NCBI GenBank assembly: GCA_009777355.1 | Contig: WRMA01000002.1 | Span: forward strand, 1-55,928 | Direction: 5' to 3' | Source of the DNA: Oscillospiraceae bacterium | GTDB taxonomy: Bacteria; Bacillota; Clostridia; Oscillospirales; WRJC01 | DNA: 55,928 nt | Shown: positions 18,959 through 27,008 of the stretch, piece by piece | Numbering within the stretch: the stretch's first letter is position 1 | How the letters are laid out: each line of letters begins with the position of its first letter | The notes under the pieces: generated by a model | What the model was told of the DNA's origin: nothing | The model's database searches: none | The model's input: the letters and a program-made list of their open reading frames with translations, nothing else | Translations under genes and position numbers: made by a program

Positions 18959-20356
18959 TTGATAAGACGGTTTTTCTCCGTACATACACTGATAAAACCT
19001 CCGCTTATAAGGGGCGAACTGCCCGACTCCCGCTCCGCGTACTCCGCCGCCTTCAAGATCGCCGCGCCGGCCGTGTCCGAGATGGTGCTTATGTCGCTTG
19101 TCGGCATGATAGACACCGTGATGGTGGGCGGGCTGGGCGCCTACGCCATAGCCGCCGTCGGCCTGACCAACCAGCCGAGGTTTTTGTTCATGGCGCTGTT
19201 CTTCGCCATGAACGTCGGCGTTACGGCGGTGGTGTCGCGCCGCAAGGGCGAGGGCAACAGGAGCGGCGCGAACGTGTGCCTCTTCCAGTCGATACTTATA
19301 ACCGGCGCGATGTCGGTCGCGGTCGGCATACTCGCCGTGGCGCTGTCCGGCCAGATGCTCCTGCTGGCGGGCGCCAAAGATGACGCGATACTGCCCGCGA
19401 CGCAGTATTTCCAGATCGTTTCCTCATTTATGCCCGTAACGGCCCTGACAATGGCGGTAAACGCCGCCCAGCGCGGCGTGGGCAACACCTCCATCGCGTT
19501 CAGGTCGAGCGTATCCGCCAACCTGGTCAATATGACGATGAACTATCTGCTGATCGAGGGGCGCTTCGGGTTCCCGCGCCTCGAGGTGCGCGGCGCGGCC
19601 ATAGCGACGGTCATCGGCAACTGCGTCGGCCTGCTCATCGCGCTTTTAAGCCTTATCCCCAAAGACAGCTATCTGAATTTCAGGCTCTTCGGCAAGCTCA
19701 GTCCGGACATCCCCACCATAACAAGCATATCGCGCATCGGCGGCAACGCCGTCGTCGAGCAGATTTTTCTCCGCGTGGGGTTCATGCTTTACGCGCGCGT
19801 TATCGCCGACCTGGGGACCTCCGCGTTCGCCGCTCATCAAATATCAATGCAGATGCTCGGGCTTACGTTCACCATCGGCGACGGGCTTGCCGTGGCGTGC
19901 AGCTCGCTGGTGGGGCAGAACTTGGGCAAAAAGCGCCCCGACCTGTCCATCATCTACGGCAAAATCGGCCAGCGGCTTGCGCTCTGCGCCTCAGCCGTGA
20001 TGTTCTCGGTGGCCATATTATCACGCTACGCTTTCGCGGGCATGTTCACCGACGACCCCGCGCTTATAGAGGTCTGCGCCGGAATCCTGATAATCATGGC
20101 TGTCATACAGCCGTTCCAGACCTCGCAGGTCGTGATGGCGGGTTCGCTGCGCGGCGCGGGCGACACGCGCTTCGTGGCGATCACCATGCTGTTCACCGTC
20201 GCTATAATGCGCCCGCTGTGCGGGTATCTGTTCGCGGTGACGTTCGGCTGGGGGCTTGCGGGCGCGTGGTACGCAATACTGGTCGATCAGATACTGCGGC
20301 TGTATCTGCTGCAAAAGCGCTTCGGCGGCGGAAAATGGATCGGAATAAATTTGTAA
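18959..20356 (+). CDS. MATE-family efflux transporter
   Basis: The protein is 12-TM-like, with AAPAVSEMVLMSLVGMIDTVMVGGLG and a second-half repeat. The only canonical start upstream of TM1 is TTG 18959. Confidence 0.85.
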   Translation: MIRRFFSVHTLIKPPLIRGELPDSRSAYSAAFKIAAPAVSEMVLMSLVGMIDTVMVGGLGAYAIAAVGLTNQPRFLFMALFFAMNVGVTAVVSRRKGEGNRSGANVCLFQSILITGAMSVAVGILAVALSGQMLLLAGAKDDAILPATQYFQIVSSFMPVTALTMAVNAAQRGVGNTSIAFRSSVSANLVNMTMNYLLIEGRFGFPRLEVRGAAIATVIGNCVGLLIALLSLIPKDSYLNFRLFGKLSPDIPTITSISRIGGNAVVEQIFLRVGFMLYARVIADLGTSAFAAHQISMQMLGLTFTIGDGLAVACSSLVGQNLGKKRPDLSIIYGKIGQRLALCASAVMFSVAILSRYAFAGMFTDDPALIEVCAGILIIMAVIQPFQTSQVVMAGSLRGAGDTRFVAITMLFTVAIMRPLCGYLFAVTFGWGLAGAWYAILVDQILRLYLLQKRFGGGKWIGINL

Positions 20357-20375
20357 AACAAAGAACCTATCCTAT

Positions 20376-20394
20376 GATTGGTGTTGTGAAGGGT
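20376..20394. repeat. Left arm of a perfect 19-bp inverted repeat
   Basis: GATTGGTGTTGTGAAGGGT is the exact reverse complement of 21161-21179. Confidence 0.9.
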
Positions 20395-20534
20395 ATGTGT
20401 CCATTTTACCCATTTATGCCGACAGGCATAAAAGTTGTGATATGATGCAGAATACCATGAAATGGTATATCAATGCGCTGTTGATTGAAGGTGCTTGGTG
20501 ATATTGAAAATTTATATTAGGAGAAGGTGTTACG

Positions 20535-21128
20535 ATAAATAATATTGTTTTTGTTGAGGGTGTTTCCGGCGTAGGTAAGACAACAACAACGACACTGCTG
20601 TTCGAGAAACTTCGGGGCATGGGATATAAAGGGAATTGCTATTTAGAAGGTGCTAACGACAACCCGCTTGACCCGTTTGGAGGTAAATATCCTCCTGTAA
20701 TGTCCATCGAAGAATTTTCTGAAATCTATTTGCAATGCTGGAAAAGGTTTATGGAAGCCAAATTTGACAACGATTTTATAATTGTAGATGGAACATTATT
20801 GCACCATCAGATTAATGATTTAATTCGTGAATATAGTGCATCTGATGAAGTTATTGCAAACCAATTATCAAATTTGTTAAATATAATTCTGCGATTAAAT
20901 CCGATTATATTTTATTTTTCGTCCTGTAATGTAGCCCAGCGTTTGGCACTTGCGTGCAGAAGTCGAAAACAATCAGTGCCTACCGAAGAACAAATCGGGT
21001 TTTGGGAAAATCGTAAGAGAGTAGATTTATATGTCCTTGAAAGACTTCCTATTGAATCTCATATATTAGACGTAGATAATGGTTGGGATTTAATACTTAA
21101 TACAATTGTGGATTATATTACAGTATAA
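20535..21128 (+). CDS. P-loop NTPase, nucleoside/nucleotide-kinase-like (start codon non-canonical or N-terminus lost)
   Basis: The track ORF starts at ATG 20619, but the same frame stays open back to 20508. That stretch encodes a Walker A motif (IVFVEGVSGVGKTTTT). AGGAGAAGG (20519-20527) lies 7 nt before in-frame ATA 20535. There is no in-frame ATG, GTG or TTG between 20508 and 20618. Confidence 0.45.
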   Translation: MNNIVFVEGVSGVGKTTTTTLLFEKLRGMGYKGNCYLEGANDNPLDPFGGKYPPVMSIEEFSEIYLQCWKRFMEAKFDNDFIIVDGTLLHHQINDLIREYSASDEVIANQLSNLLNIILRLNPIIFYFSSCNVAQRLALACRSRKQSVPTEEQIGFWENRKRVDLYVLERLPIESHILDVDNGWDLILNTIVDYITV

Positions 21129-21160
21129 ATATTTTCTACAATAAGCAATATTGGACTTCA

Positions 21161-21179
21161 ACCCTTCACAACACCAATC
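21161..21179. repeat. Right arm of the perfect 19-bp inverted repeat
   Basis: ACCCTTCACAACACCAATC is the exact reverse complement of 20376-20394. Confidence 0.9.
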
Positions 21180-21255
21180 CTAAAACTTATATCTCATCTC
21201 TTAAATCTTAAATATGTATTTCACGGACGAGTAAATTAAAAAGGATGAATCAGAA

Positions 21256-21381
21256 TTGAATAATGAATCTATCGTGATTGAATGGGAATTAACCGATGAG
21301 GAACGCGCTTTAATAAAGCAAGGCATGGCAGAGTATGAAAAAAATCCAAATAGTTATATCCCGATTGACAAAGTGAATTAA
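21256..21381 (+). CDS. Candidate 41-aa ORF, antitoxin-fragment-like
   Basis: The ORF is below the track cutoff and has a TTG start. The translation is MNNESIVIEWELTDEERALIKQGMAEYEKNPNSYIPIDKVN. The LTxEExxxIxxxxAEYxxNP pattern resembles addiction-module antitoxin components. The RBS is weak. Confidence 0.25.
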   Translation: MNNESIVIEWELTDEERALIKQGMAEYEKNPNSYIPIDKVN

Positions 21382-21442
21382 AGGAATCCGGTCTCGTAAT
21401 ATATAATATATATAAAAAAATAATAAAAGGAGAGTAATTTTT

Positions 21443-22969
21443 ATGAAAAGAACGATAGCGCTTTTATTGCTTGTCTCTATGATTTTAATCGCTTTGGCGG
21501 CGTGCGGTTCGCAGGACGGCGACACCGTTAATCAGGGGAACTTGCCTAATGCGGGAAACGACGATATTCCCGGTTCGGACGGTTTTGAAAACGGGGGAAA
21601 CGAAGAAGTTAAACTGCTGCCGGATTTACCCGACGGTCAGAATTTCGGAGGTCACGTCTTTACTTTTTTGGTCCATGAAGAGTTGAGCGACGACTGGCTC
21701 TCGAATATACCTCTCGAAATCGTCGCGGAAATCGAGGAAACGGAAGAGCCTATTGTCGCGGAAGTGTACAAAAGAAACGAGATGCTCAAAGAAAAATATA
21801 ACGTCGATTTCAGGATGCTGCCCGAAAACGAGGAGCATAACGTTTTGAGGAGGGTCGTTCAGTCGGGAGACGACACCTACGACGCGGTCGTTATTTTTAA
21901 TAATAATATTCCTCCGGTTATAAACAACGGGCTTCTGGTTACGGTTGACCAGCTGCCGTACGTCGATTTGGATAAGCCGTGGTGGGACGATTCCGTAAAC
22001 GGTATGTCCGTCGCGAATAAGCAGTTTCTGCTCGGCGGGGATATTTTAATACTCGACAACGAAGCGACGAACGCGCTCGTTTTCAACAAGAAACTCATGT
22101 CGGATTTGCAAATGGAACTGCCGTATAATCTCGTAAACGAGGGAAAATGGACGATGGATAAGCTTAACGACTACGTTAAAGGCGGTTCGTTCGACCTGAA
22201 CGGCAACGGGGTTATGGACGTTGAAGAGGACAGATGGGGATTCGTGTGCTACAGGGATACTATGCACGCGCTCCTGGTATCCGGAGGCGGAGCGCTGGCA
22301 GTAAAAGACGCGGACGATTTGCCGTTTATAGATTTTGCGAGCGACAGAAATTTAAGCGTCCTGGAAAAAGTCATGGACATTATGTATAATAAAATAGACG
22401 TTTTGAATATACAGTCCGATATAAGCGACGGAGGGAACAACAGCGAGAACTGGCTCAGGGCGTATCATAACGCGTTCGAACAGGACAGGGCGCTGTTTAT
22501 GTGGGTAAGAATGAGAGTCGTCGAAAAATTCAGGGGAATGGACTCCGATTTCGGGATTGTTCCGCTGCCGAAGTTCGACGAGAACCAGGCGAATTATCAC
22601 AGCGTCGTAAACCCGTATACGGGAGTTCTGATGGGAGTGCCGAACACGGCGTCGAATCTTGACAGGACGAGTATAATTTTAGAGGCTATGGCGGCCGAAA
22701 GCAGATATACTATACAGCCGGCTTATTACGACGTGGTTCTGACGAGAAAATTCGCGAGAGACGCGGAATCCGAAGGGATGCTCGATATAATATTCAATTC
22801 GAGAGTCTATGACATAGGCGCGATTTATGCGTTCGGCAACGTGTTTATAGATTTGATTACCCTCGCTGACAGGTCAAACACAGACGCGATGTCTTTTTAT
22901 GAGAGAAGAAAAGGACAAATGGAAAGAGATATAAACAGGCTTATCGAAAGCATCCAGAACATGGATTAG
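21443..22969 (+). CDS. Extracellular solute-binding lipoprotein (large family-1 type), orphan
   Basis: An AAAGGAGAG RBS is present, with a signal peptide and lipobox LAAC. Length is about 500 aa. It is a paralogue of 32380-33897 (NFGGH..., DxYD.V, L.LxKPxW blocks). Confidence 0.7.
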   Translation: MKRTIALLLLVSMILIALAACGSQDGDTVNQGNLPNAGNDDIPGSDGFENGGNEEVKLLPDLPDGQNFGGHVFTFLVHEELSDDWLSNIPLEIVAEIEETEEPIVAEVYKRNEMLKEKYNVDFRMLPENEEHNVLRRVVQSGDDTYDAVVIFNNNIPPVINNGLLVTVDQLPYVDLDKPWWDDSVNGMSVANKQFLLGGDILILDNEATNALVFNKKLMSDLQMELPYNLVNEGKWTMDKLNDYVKGGSFDLNGNGVMDVEEDRWGFVCYRDTMHALLVSGGGALAVKDADDLPFIDFASDRNLSVLEKVMDIMYNKIDVLNIQSDISDGGNNSENWLRAYHNAFEQDRALFMWVRMRVVEKFRGMDSDFGIVPLPKFDENQANYHSVVNPYTGVLMGVPNTASNLDRTSIILEAMAAESRYTIQPAYYDVVLTRKFARDAESEGMLDIIFNSRVYDIGAIYAFGNVFIDLITLADRSNTDAMSFYERRKGQMERDINRLIESIQNMD

Positions 22970-22988
22970 GGTTCAAAGAATAAACGCC

Positions 22989-23019
22989 GCCCCCTTCTTA
23001 ACGAAGGGGGCTTTGATTT
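22989..23019 (+). terminator. Intrinsic terminator
   Basis: GCCCCCTTCttaacGAAGGGGGC is followed by tttgattt. Confidence 0.75.
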
Positions 23020-23025
23020 GGTTAA

Positions 23026-23103
23026 GTAGGGGCGATTATTAATCGCCCGCCATATACTGCAAACGCTGGTTGAAATTCACGGGCGATTATTAATCGCCCC
23101 TAC
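23026..23103. repeat. REPIN-like inverted doublet of REP-like modules
   Basis: GTAGGGGCGATtattaATCGCCCG (23026-23049) and its inverted copy CGGGCGATtattaATCGCCCCTAC (23080-23103). Confidence 0.7.
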
Positions 23104-23125
23104 ATTTTAATTGCGTTAATTGCGA

Positions 23126-23262
23126 TAGACCTCTTGCGAAATTAAAATCCTGATTGTAGGGGCGCGCATTGCGCGTCCGCAAAACCAACGTAATTTTGAC
23201 ATCTTTCAGACGGACGGCCAATGGCCGCCCCTACATGGTAACATGATTTCGCGAGAGGTCTA
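23126..23262. mobile_element. MITE-like palindromic element, family 1 (TIR + REPIN core)
   Basis: The TIRs TAGACCTCTTGCGAAAT and ATTTCGCGAGAGGTCTA match at 16 of 17 positions. They enclose GTAGGGGCGCGCattGCGCGTCCGC and CGGACGGCCaatGGCCGCCCCTAC. Near-identical copies are at 27603 and 30463, and cores alone are at 39073 and 49032. Confidence 0.6.
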
Positions 23263-23269
23263 ATTAATT

Positions 23270-24733
23270 TTATCTGAAGAAAAACGAGAATATTCCTCCC
23301 GGTTTTTTCTGCTCCGCGTTATATTCGAGCATCGAGTTAAGCATTTCGACCGACTGCGCCCTGTCAAGAAATCCTCCCGGGTTTACGTTGCCGTTTTCGT
23401 CGCCTTTTATTATTCCGGCGGAGCTTAACGCAGCTATATCTCCCTCCGCCCATTCGGGTATAAACACGGCGTCGACAAACACGGAATCTGATATATTATT
23501 TCTTACTGAAGCCGAATCGGGATTGATTTTCAATATATTATTGAGCATTACGGCGGCTTCCGCCCTGATTATTATACTGTTCGGGTCGAAATAAAGCCCG
23601 ACGTCCGTTTCTATGCCTTTGATTATTCCCAGTTCGTAGGCTTTTGTAACATAGGGCTTATATTTAAACGGAATATCAGCGTCGTCCGCGAAGCCGGTTC
23701 TGAACACTTCGGACATATTTTTGTCGAGTTTCGCGGCCCTTATTATCATCTCCGTAAATTCCGCTCTCGTCATGAGGACGTCTGGTTCAAATAACAGGCC
23801 GGGATTGTTTTTGTCCGCGTCGATAAATCCCGCGGCGGCGGCTTTGACTGCGGAGTTTGCCGCCCAGTGTTCGTCCATGTCGGCAAACCTTACGCTGCTC
23901 GCCGCTTTCGTGATTTTGATTTGCGCGGTCGCGGGGTTTGAGAGATTGCCGTATTTATCCTCGACCTGATAGACGAAGCTGTCTTTGCCCGTGTAATCCC
24001 TGCCCGGCCTGTAAACGAAATGTCCGTTTGTCACGTCTATAACTTCAAGAAGTCCTTTTTTGGGTCCCTGGACTATTCTGTAGGTTATGTCGTCGTTGTC
24101 GGGGTCGGTTCCGTCCATCGATTTAAAAACGGGGATATTTTTCTGGGTCGTGAGGGTTATCGCCTTTGCGGCGGGAGCGAAGTTAAGAGATTCGAGAACT
24201 GAAACGCTGCATCTTATCGACGAATTTTCAGACGAGTCTTCGGCGTTCCTGAAAGTAAAACTGATTTCGCCGACCCTGTTGGGATACGGCACGAGCCTGA
24301 TATACTGTATATTCTCTCTGGATATAGTCTGCCCGGGGAGAATATCTCCGCCGCCGAGGGTTAAAACGCCTTCTGAAAAACGGGGCAGGTCTGTAATCGT
24401 TACGGAGCCGAGTTTTTTCACTCCGAGAATTTTCTCAAATTCTTCGGGTCTGAAAGTAATATCGCTGTTTAGCAGAGCGGATTTTTTAAGCTCGAGACGG
24501 TTTCTTATGATATTTAATCCGTGGGAGAGGGGAGCGGTTTCGCTGCGTACGGGAACGGAGACGCTCTCTCCTACCGTGCTCGATACCCTGACGTAGCTTT
24601 CGTAATTTTCCCCCGCGCTCGAATTAACGAGTCCCCCGGCCGACGCGGGGATTGCCGCCGCGAGAAAACAAATAACGGCGAGCGCCGTTATCAGGCGGTT
24701 TTTAAGCTTGATTTTGATTTTTTGATTCTTCAT
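23270..24733 (-). CDS. Surface protein with cadherin-like/Ig-like repeat and three SLH segments
   Basis: There is a signal peptide. DPDNDDITYRIVQGPKKGLLEV...FVYRPGRDYTGKDSFVYQVEDKYGN is cadherin-like/tandem-95-like. The SLH-like segments are FADMDEHWAANSAVKAAAAGF, FADDADIPFKYKPYVTKAYELGIIKG and IPEWAEGDIAALSSAGIIKGDENGN. Confidence 0.8.
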   Translation of the reverse strand: MKNQKIKIKLKNRLITALAVICFLAAAIPASAGGLVNSSAGENYESYVRVSSTVGESVSVPVRSETAPLSHGLNIIRNRLELKKSALLNSDITFRPEEFEKILGVKKLGSVTITDLPRFSEGVLTLGGGDILPGQTISRENIQYIRLVPYPNRVGEISFTFRNAEDSSENSSIRCSVSVLESLNFAPAAKAITLTTQKNIPVFKSMDGTDPDNDDITYRIVQGPKKGLLEVIDVTNGHFVYRPGRDYTGKDSFVYQVEDKYGNLSNPATAQIKITKAASSVRFADMDEHWAANSAVKAAAAGFIDADKNNPGLLFEPDVLMTRAEFTEMIIRAAKLDKNMSEVFRTGFADDADIPFKYKPYVTKAYELGIIKGIETDVGLYFDPNSIIIRAEAAVMLNNILKINPDSASVRNNISDSVFVDAVFIPEWAEGDIAALSSAGIIKGDENGNVNPGGFLDRAQSVEMLNSMLEYNAEQKKPGGIFSFFFR

Positions 24734-25025
24734 AATATAAATTCAGCCTCCGATTTTCTAAAATAAAAATAATAAATTTATGTTTTTTAATATTATTTTA
24801 TACTTTTTTTAGAATAATATTCCTTTTTGTCTATTTTTATGCAAAAAAATTTTTTATTATTTTTATAATTTATGTTAGAAAAGATAGTTTTGAATTGTAT
24901 GTATATACAGACGCGTCAAAAAAAATATATATTTCGGAGGGAGTTGGTCTATTATAAACACATCGAACGCTTATAATAAAATTAATATAATCGAATCTAA
25001 TTTAATAGAAAAGAAGTTTGAAAAC

Positions 25026-25535
25026 ATGAAAACGGACGAAGGTTTTTATCAGAGATATAATCCGCAGATACGCAAAATCGTGTCGAGAATATTAAATCAT
25101 GCGGGATTAAACGGCGATATTGACGACTGCGTGAACACGGTTTTTCTCGATATTATGGAAAAGTTAAGTCAGTATAACGAAACCCGCGGAACTATGGCGG
25201 CTTTTGTCGCGGTGATTGCGAGGTCCGCCGCTTTAAACTACTGCAAAAGCGGCGCGCGGAGAAAAAGCGAGCTTATCGGCGACGAAAAGCTTGATTTTTT
25301 AGCCGGCCCGCTGGGTTATGACGACGAGACTGAGTTTGATTCGCTCGTCGGGAATATAATCGCGAGGCTTAACCAAAAAGAGAGGGTTTTATTTTCAATG
25401 AGGTATTTATACTATTACGCGCCGGAAGAAATCGCCGCGGCTTTAAAAATCCGCAGGAGCGCCGTCGATATGAGAGTAAGCCGGCTCAAAAGCAAAATCA
25501 GGAGTTTTCTCACCAAAGGAGGGGTAATCATATGA
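25026..25535 (+). CDS. ECF-type sigma-70 family RNA polymerase sigma factor
   Basis: Region 2 (DDCVNTVFLDIMEKLSQYNETRGTMAAFVAVIARSAALNY) and region 4 (LNQKERVLFSMRYLYYYAPEEIAAALKIRRSAVDMRVSRLKSKI) are recognisable. Confidence 0.85.
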   Translation: MKTDEGFYQRYNPQIRKIVSRILNHAGLNGDIDDCVNTVFLDIMEKLSQYNETRGTMAAFVAVIARSAALNYCKSGARRKSELIGDEKLDFLAGPLGYDDETEFDSLVGNIIARLNQKERVLFSMRYLYYYAPEEIAAALKIRRSAVDMRVSRLKSKIRSFLTKGGVII

Positions 25536-26647
25536 ATAAAAAATATTTTACGGACGCATTGAACGAACAAACGATAATCGATTTGACGGCTGAAATGCTG
25601 AAGGAGGAAAACATGAATAAAAATATGGCGAAACCAAGAATTAAATCTATGCTGTTTAAGATAATACCCGCGGCGGCGATGTTCGCTTTGGTCATAGGCT
25701 TAATAAATATACTGCCGGGGATTTTAAATAATAATAATAACATAGATATGCCGGGAGCGTATATTCCGCGAGAAGAAGAGCAAACGGAACCGTTCGTAAC
25801 GCAGAGAAATATGTTCCTGCCGCAGTTTGTCGAAAAGACGTTTTTCGAAGAGAAAATAATCGCGGCTATACCCGAGGGAAGAGAACGCGACAAAATAATG
25901 GCCTATTATTCCGAAGCGTTTACGAAACCGACGGCCGCTATGTTTGCGGAGAATATATCAAACGGAATAATTACGACGTATTCGTTAAGCGAAGGCAACG
26001 CAAATCAGTTTTATGAGCTTGACAAATATATCACCGAGAGAGAACACGGTCTGCCTTTAGAGATTCTTATCAGATATACTGACTTAACCGGAAATGATTT
26101 AATGCAGATGTACGAAGATTACGGCGTGATTATAACAGAAACGCCCGACCCGTACAGTCACGTGAGATTCGGCGAAACAAGAGATATATTACTGCTTGAC
26201 ATTGAGTGGCACACTTATGAAACATACTTGGAAGAAGTAATTGAAGGACTCGGGTTAAACATTCGCGGAGAGCTTGAGAGAATTGCCAACAACAGCTGGT
26301 ACTCTACAAGAATTATAAACGGAAAACATTTTGAATATCTTGCTGAAGGTGTTTTTTCCCGCGATACGGATGACATACAACAATTTCTTGATTCCGACGG
26401 ATATTACAGATTTGAAATTTATCCCTCTGGAGGGAATCTGGTATATACCGACGGCGACGGAGAAACTAAAATCAAAAAATTTACTGTCACAAACTCAAAA
26501 CGTCAGTATGACCGAGTATTAGAAGAAGAAATAATCCCGTTCTGCGGCGAGCTTTTAGAACAGGGATTGCTAACTCGGGAAAAGTATGATTATTATACGA
26601 AAACCAGAGGGAATCTTTTGGATTATTATATTGGCTTGTATTTTTAG
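25532..26647 (+). CDS. Putative anti-sigma factor / single-pass membrane protein
   Basis: Its start overlaps the sigma stop (ATGA). There is one TM segment at about residues 40-62, followed by a large extracytoplasmic domain. There is no ZAS motif. The role is inferred from context only. Confidence 0.45.
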   Translation: MNKKYFTDALNEQTIIDLTAEMLKEENMNKNMAKPRIKSMLFKIIPAAAMFALVIGLINILPGILNNNNNIDMPGAYIPREEEQTEPFVTQRNMFLPQFVEKTFFEEKIIAAIPEGRERDKIMAYYSEAFTKPTAAMFAENISNGIITTYSLSEGNANQFYELDKYITEREHGLPLEILIRYTDLTGNDLMQMYEDYGVIITETPDPYSHVRFGETRDILLLDIEWHTYETYLEEVIEGLGLNIRGELERIANNSWYSTRIINGKHFEYLAEGVFSRDTDDIQQFLDSDGYYRFEIYPSGGNLVYTDGDGETKIKKFTVTNSKRQYDRVLEEEIIPFCGELLEQGLLTREKYDYYTKTRGNLLDYYIGLYF

Positions 26648-26707
26648 AAATCATACCAATATGCAAACGAAATAAATCTTTCTGCCTGTCGGACAGACAG
26701 GCGCTAT

Positions 26708-26932
26708 GTAGGGCGCGGCTTCCATGCCGCGCCGTGAATTTTAATCCAACGTCGTCCGCGCTATGTAGGGCGCGACGCCCTCGTCACGACGCGAATTTAC
26801 CGTAGGCATAACGGTTTTCACGCGGCGCGCCGAGGGCGTCGCGCCCTACGAGATAATATCAAAACATCATCAAATATTTTTGCGGCATTTGCCCTATTGT
26901 TTTTACGGCGCGGCATGGAAGCCGCGCCCTAC
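26708..26932. repeat. Nested pair of REPIN-like doublets (A-B-B'-A')
   Basis: A is GTAGGGCGCGGCttccatGCCGCGCCG (26708-26734). B is GTAGGGCGCGACGCCCTCGtcacgacgcg (26765-26793). B' (26821-26849) and A' (26906-26932) are their inverted copies. A and B share the 5' flank GCGCTAT. Confidence 0.7.
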
Positions 26933-26961
26933 TTGACAACAAATATTTTTTATGTTATATT
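26933..26961 (+). promoter_or_regulatory. Sigma-A-type promoter for bioY, directly abutting the REP module
   Basis: TTGACA (26933-26938) starts 1 nt after ...CCCTAC. A 17-nt spacer contains TGt, followed by TATATT (26956-26961). Confidence 0.55.
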
Positions 26962-27008
26962 TATACCCACTTAAATTTTATAATATAATTTCCGGAGGAT
27001 TTTTGATT

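Noticed and set aside
20414-20620. 68-aa minus-strand ORF in the cassette.
   Set aside because: It is antisense to the Walker-A-coding stretch. Its VVVVLPTPETP sequence is the reverse reading of the TTTT/GKT codons.
24943-24975. A 10-codon upstream ORF (TTG GTC TAT TAT AAA CAC ATC GAA CGC TTA TAA) after GGAGGGA in the ECF sigma leader.
   Set aside because: It is too short and lacks features such as a regulatory codon run. This is probably a chance SD-like sequence in an AT-rich leader.
26939-27008. A BirA-type operator upstream of bioY (TTATATT-N20-AATATAA).
   Set aside because: The arms are 7-bp pure A/T in an AT-rich spacer, so they are expected by chance. There is no resemblance to known BirA sites.
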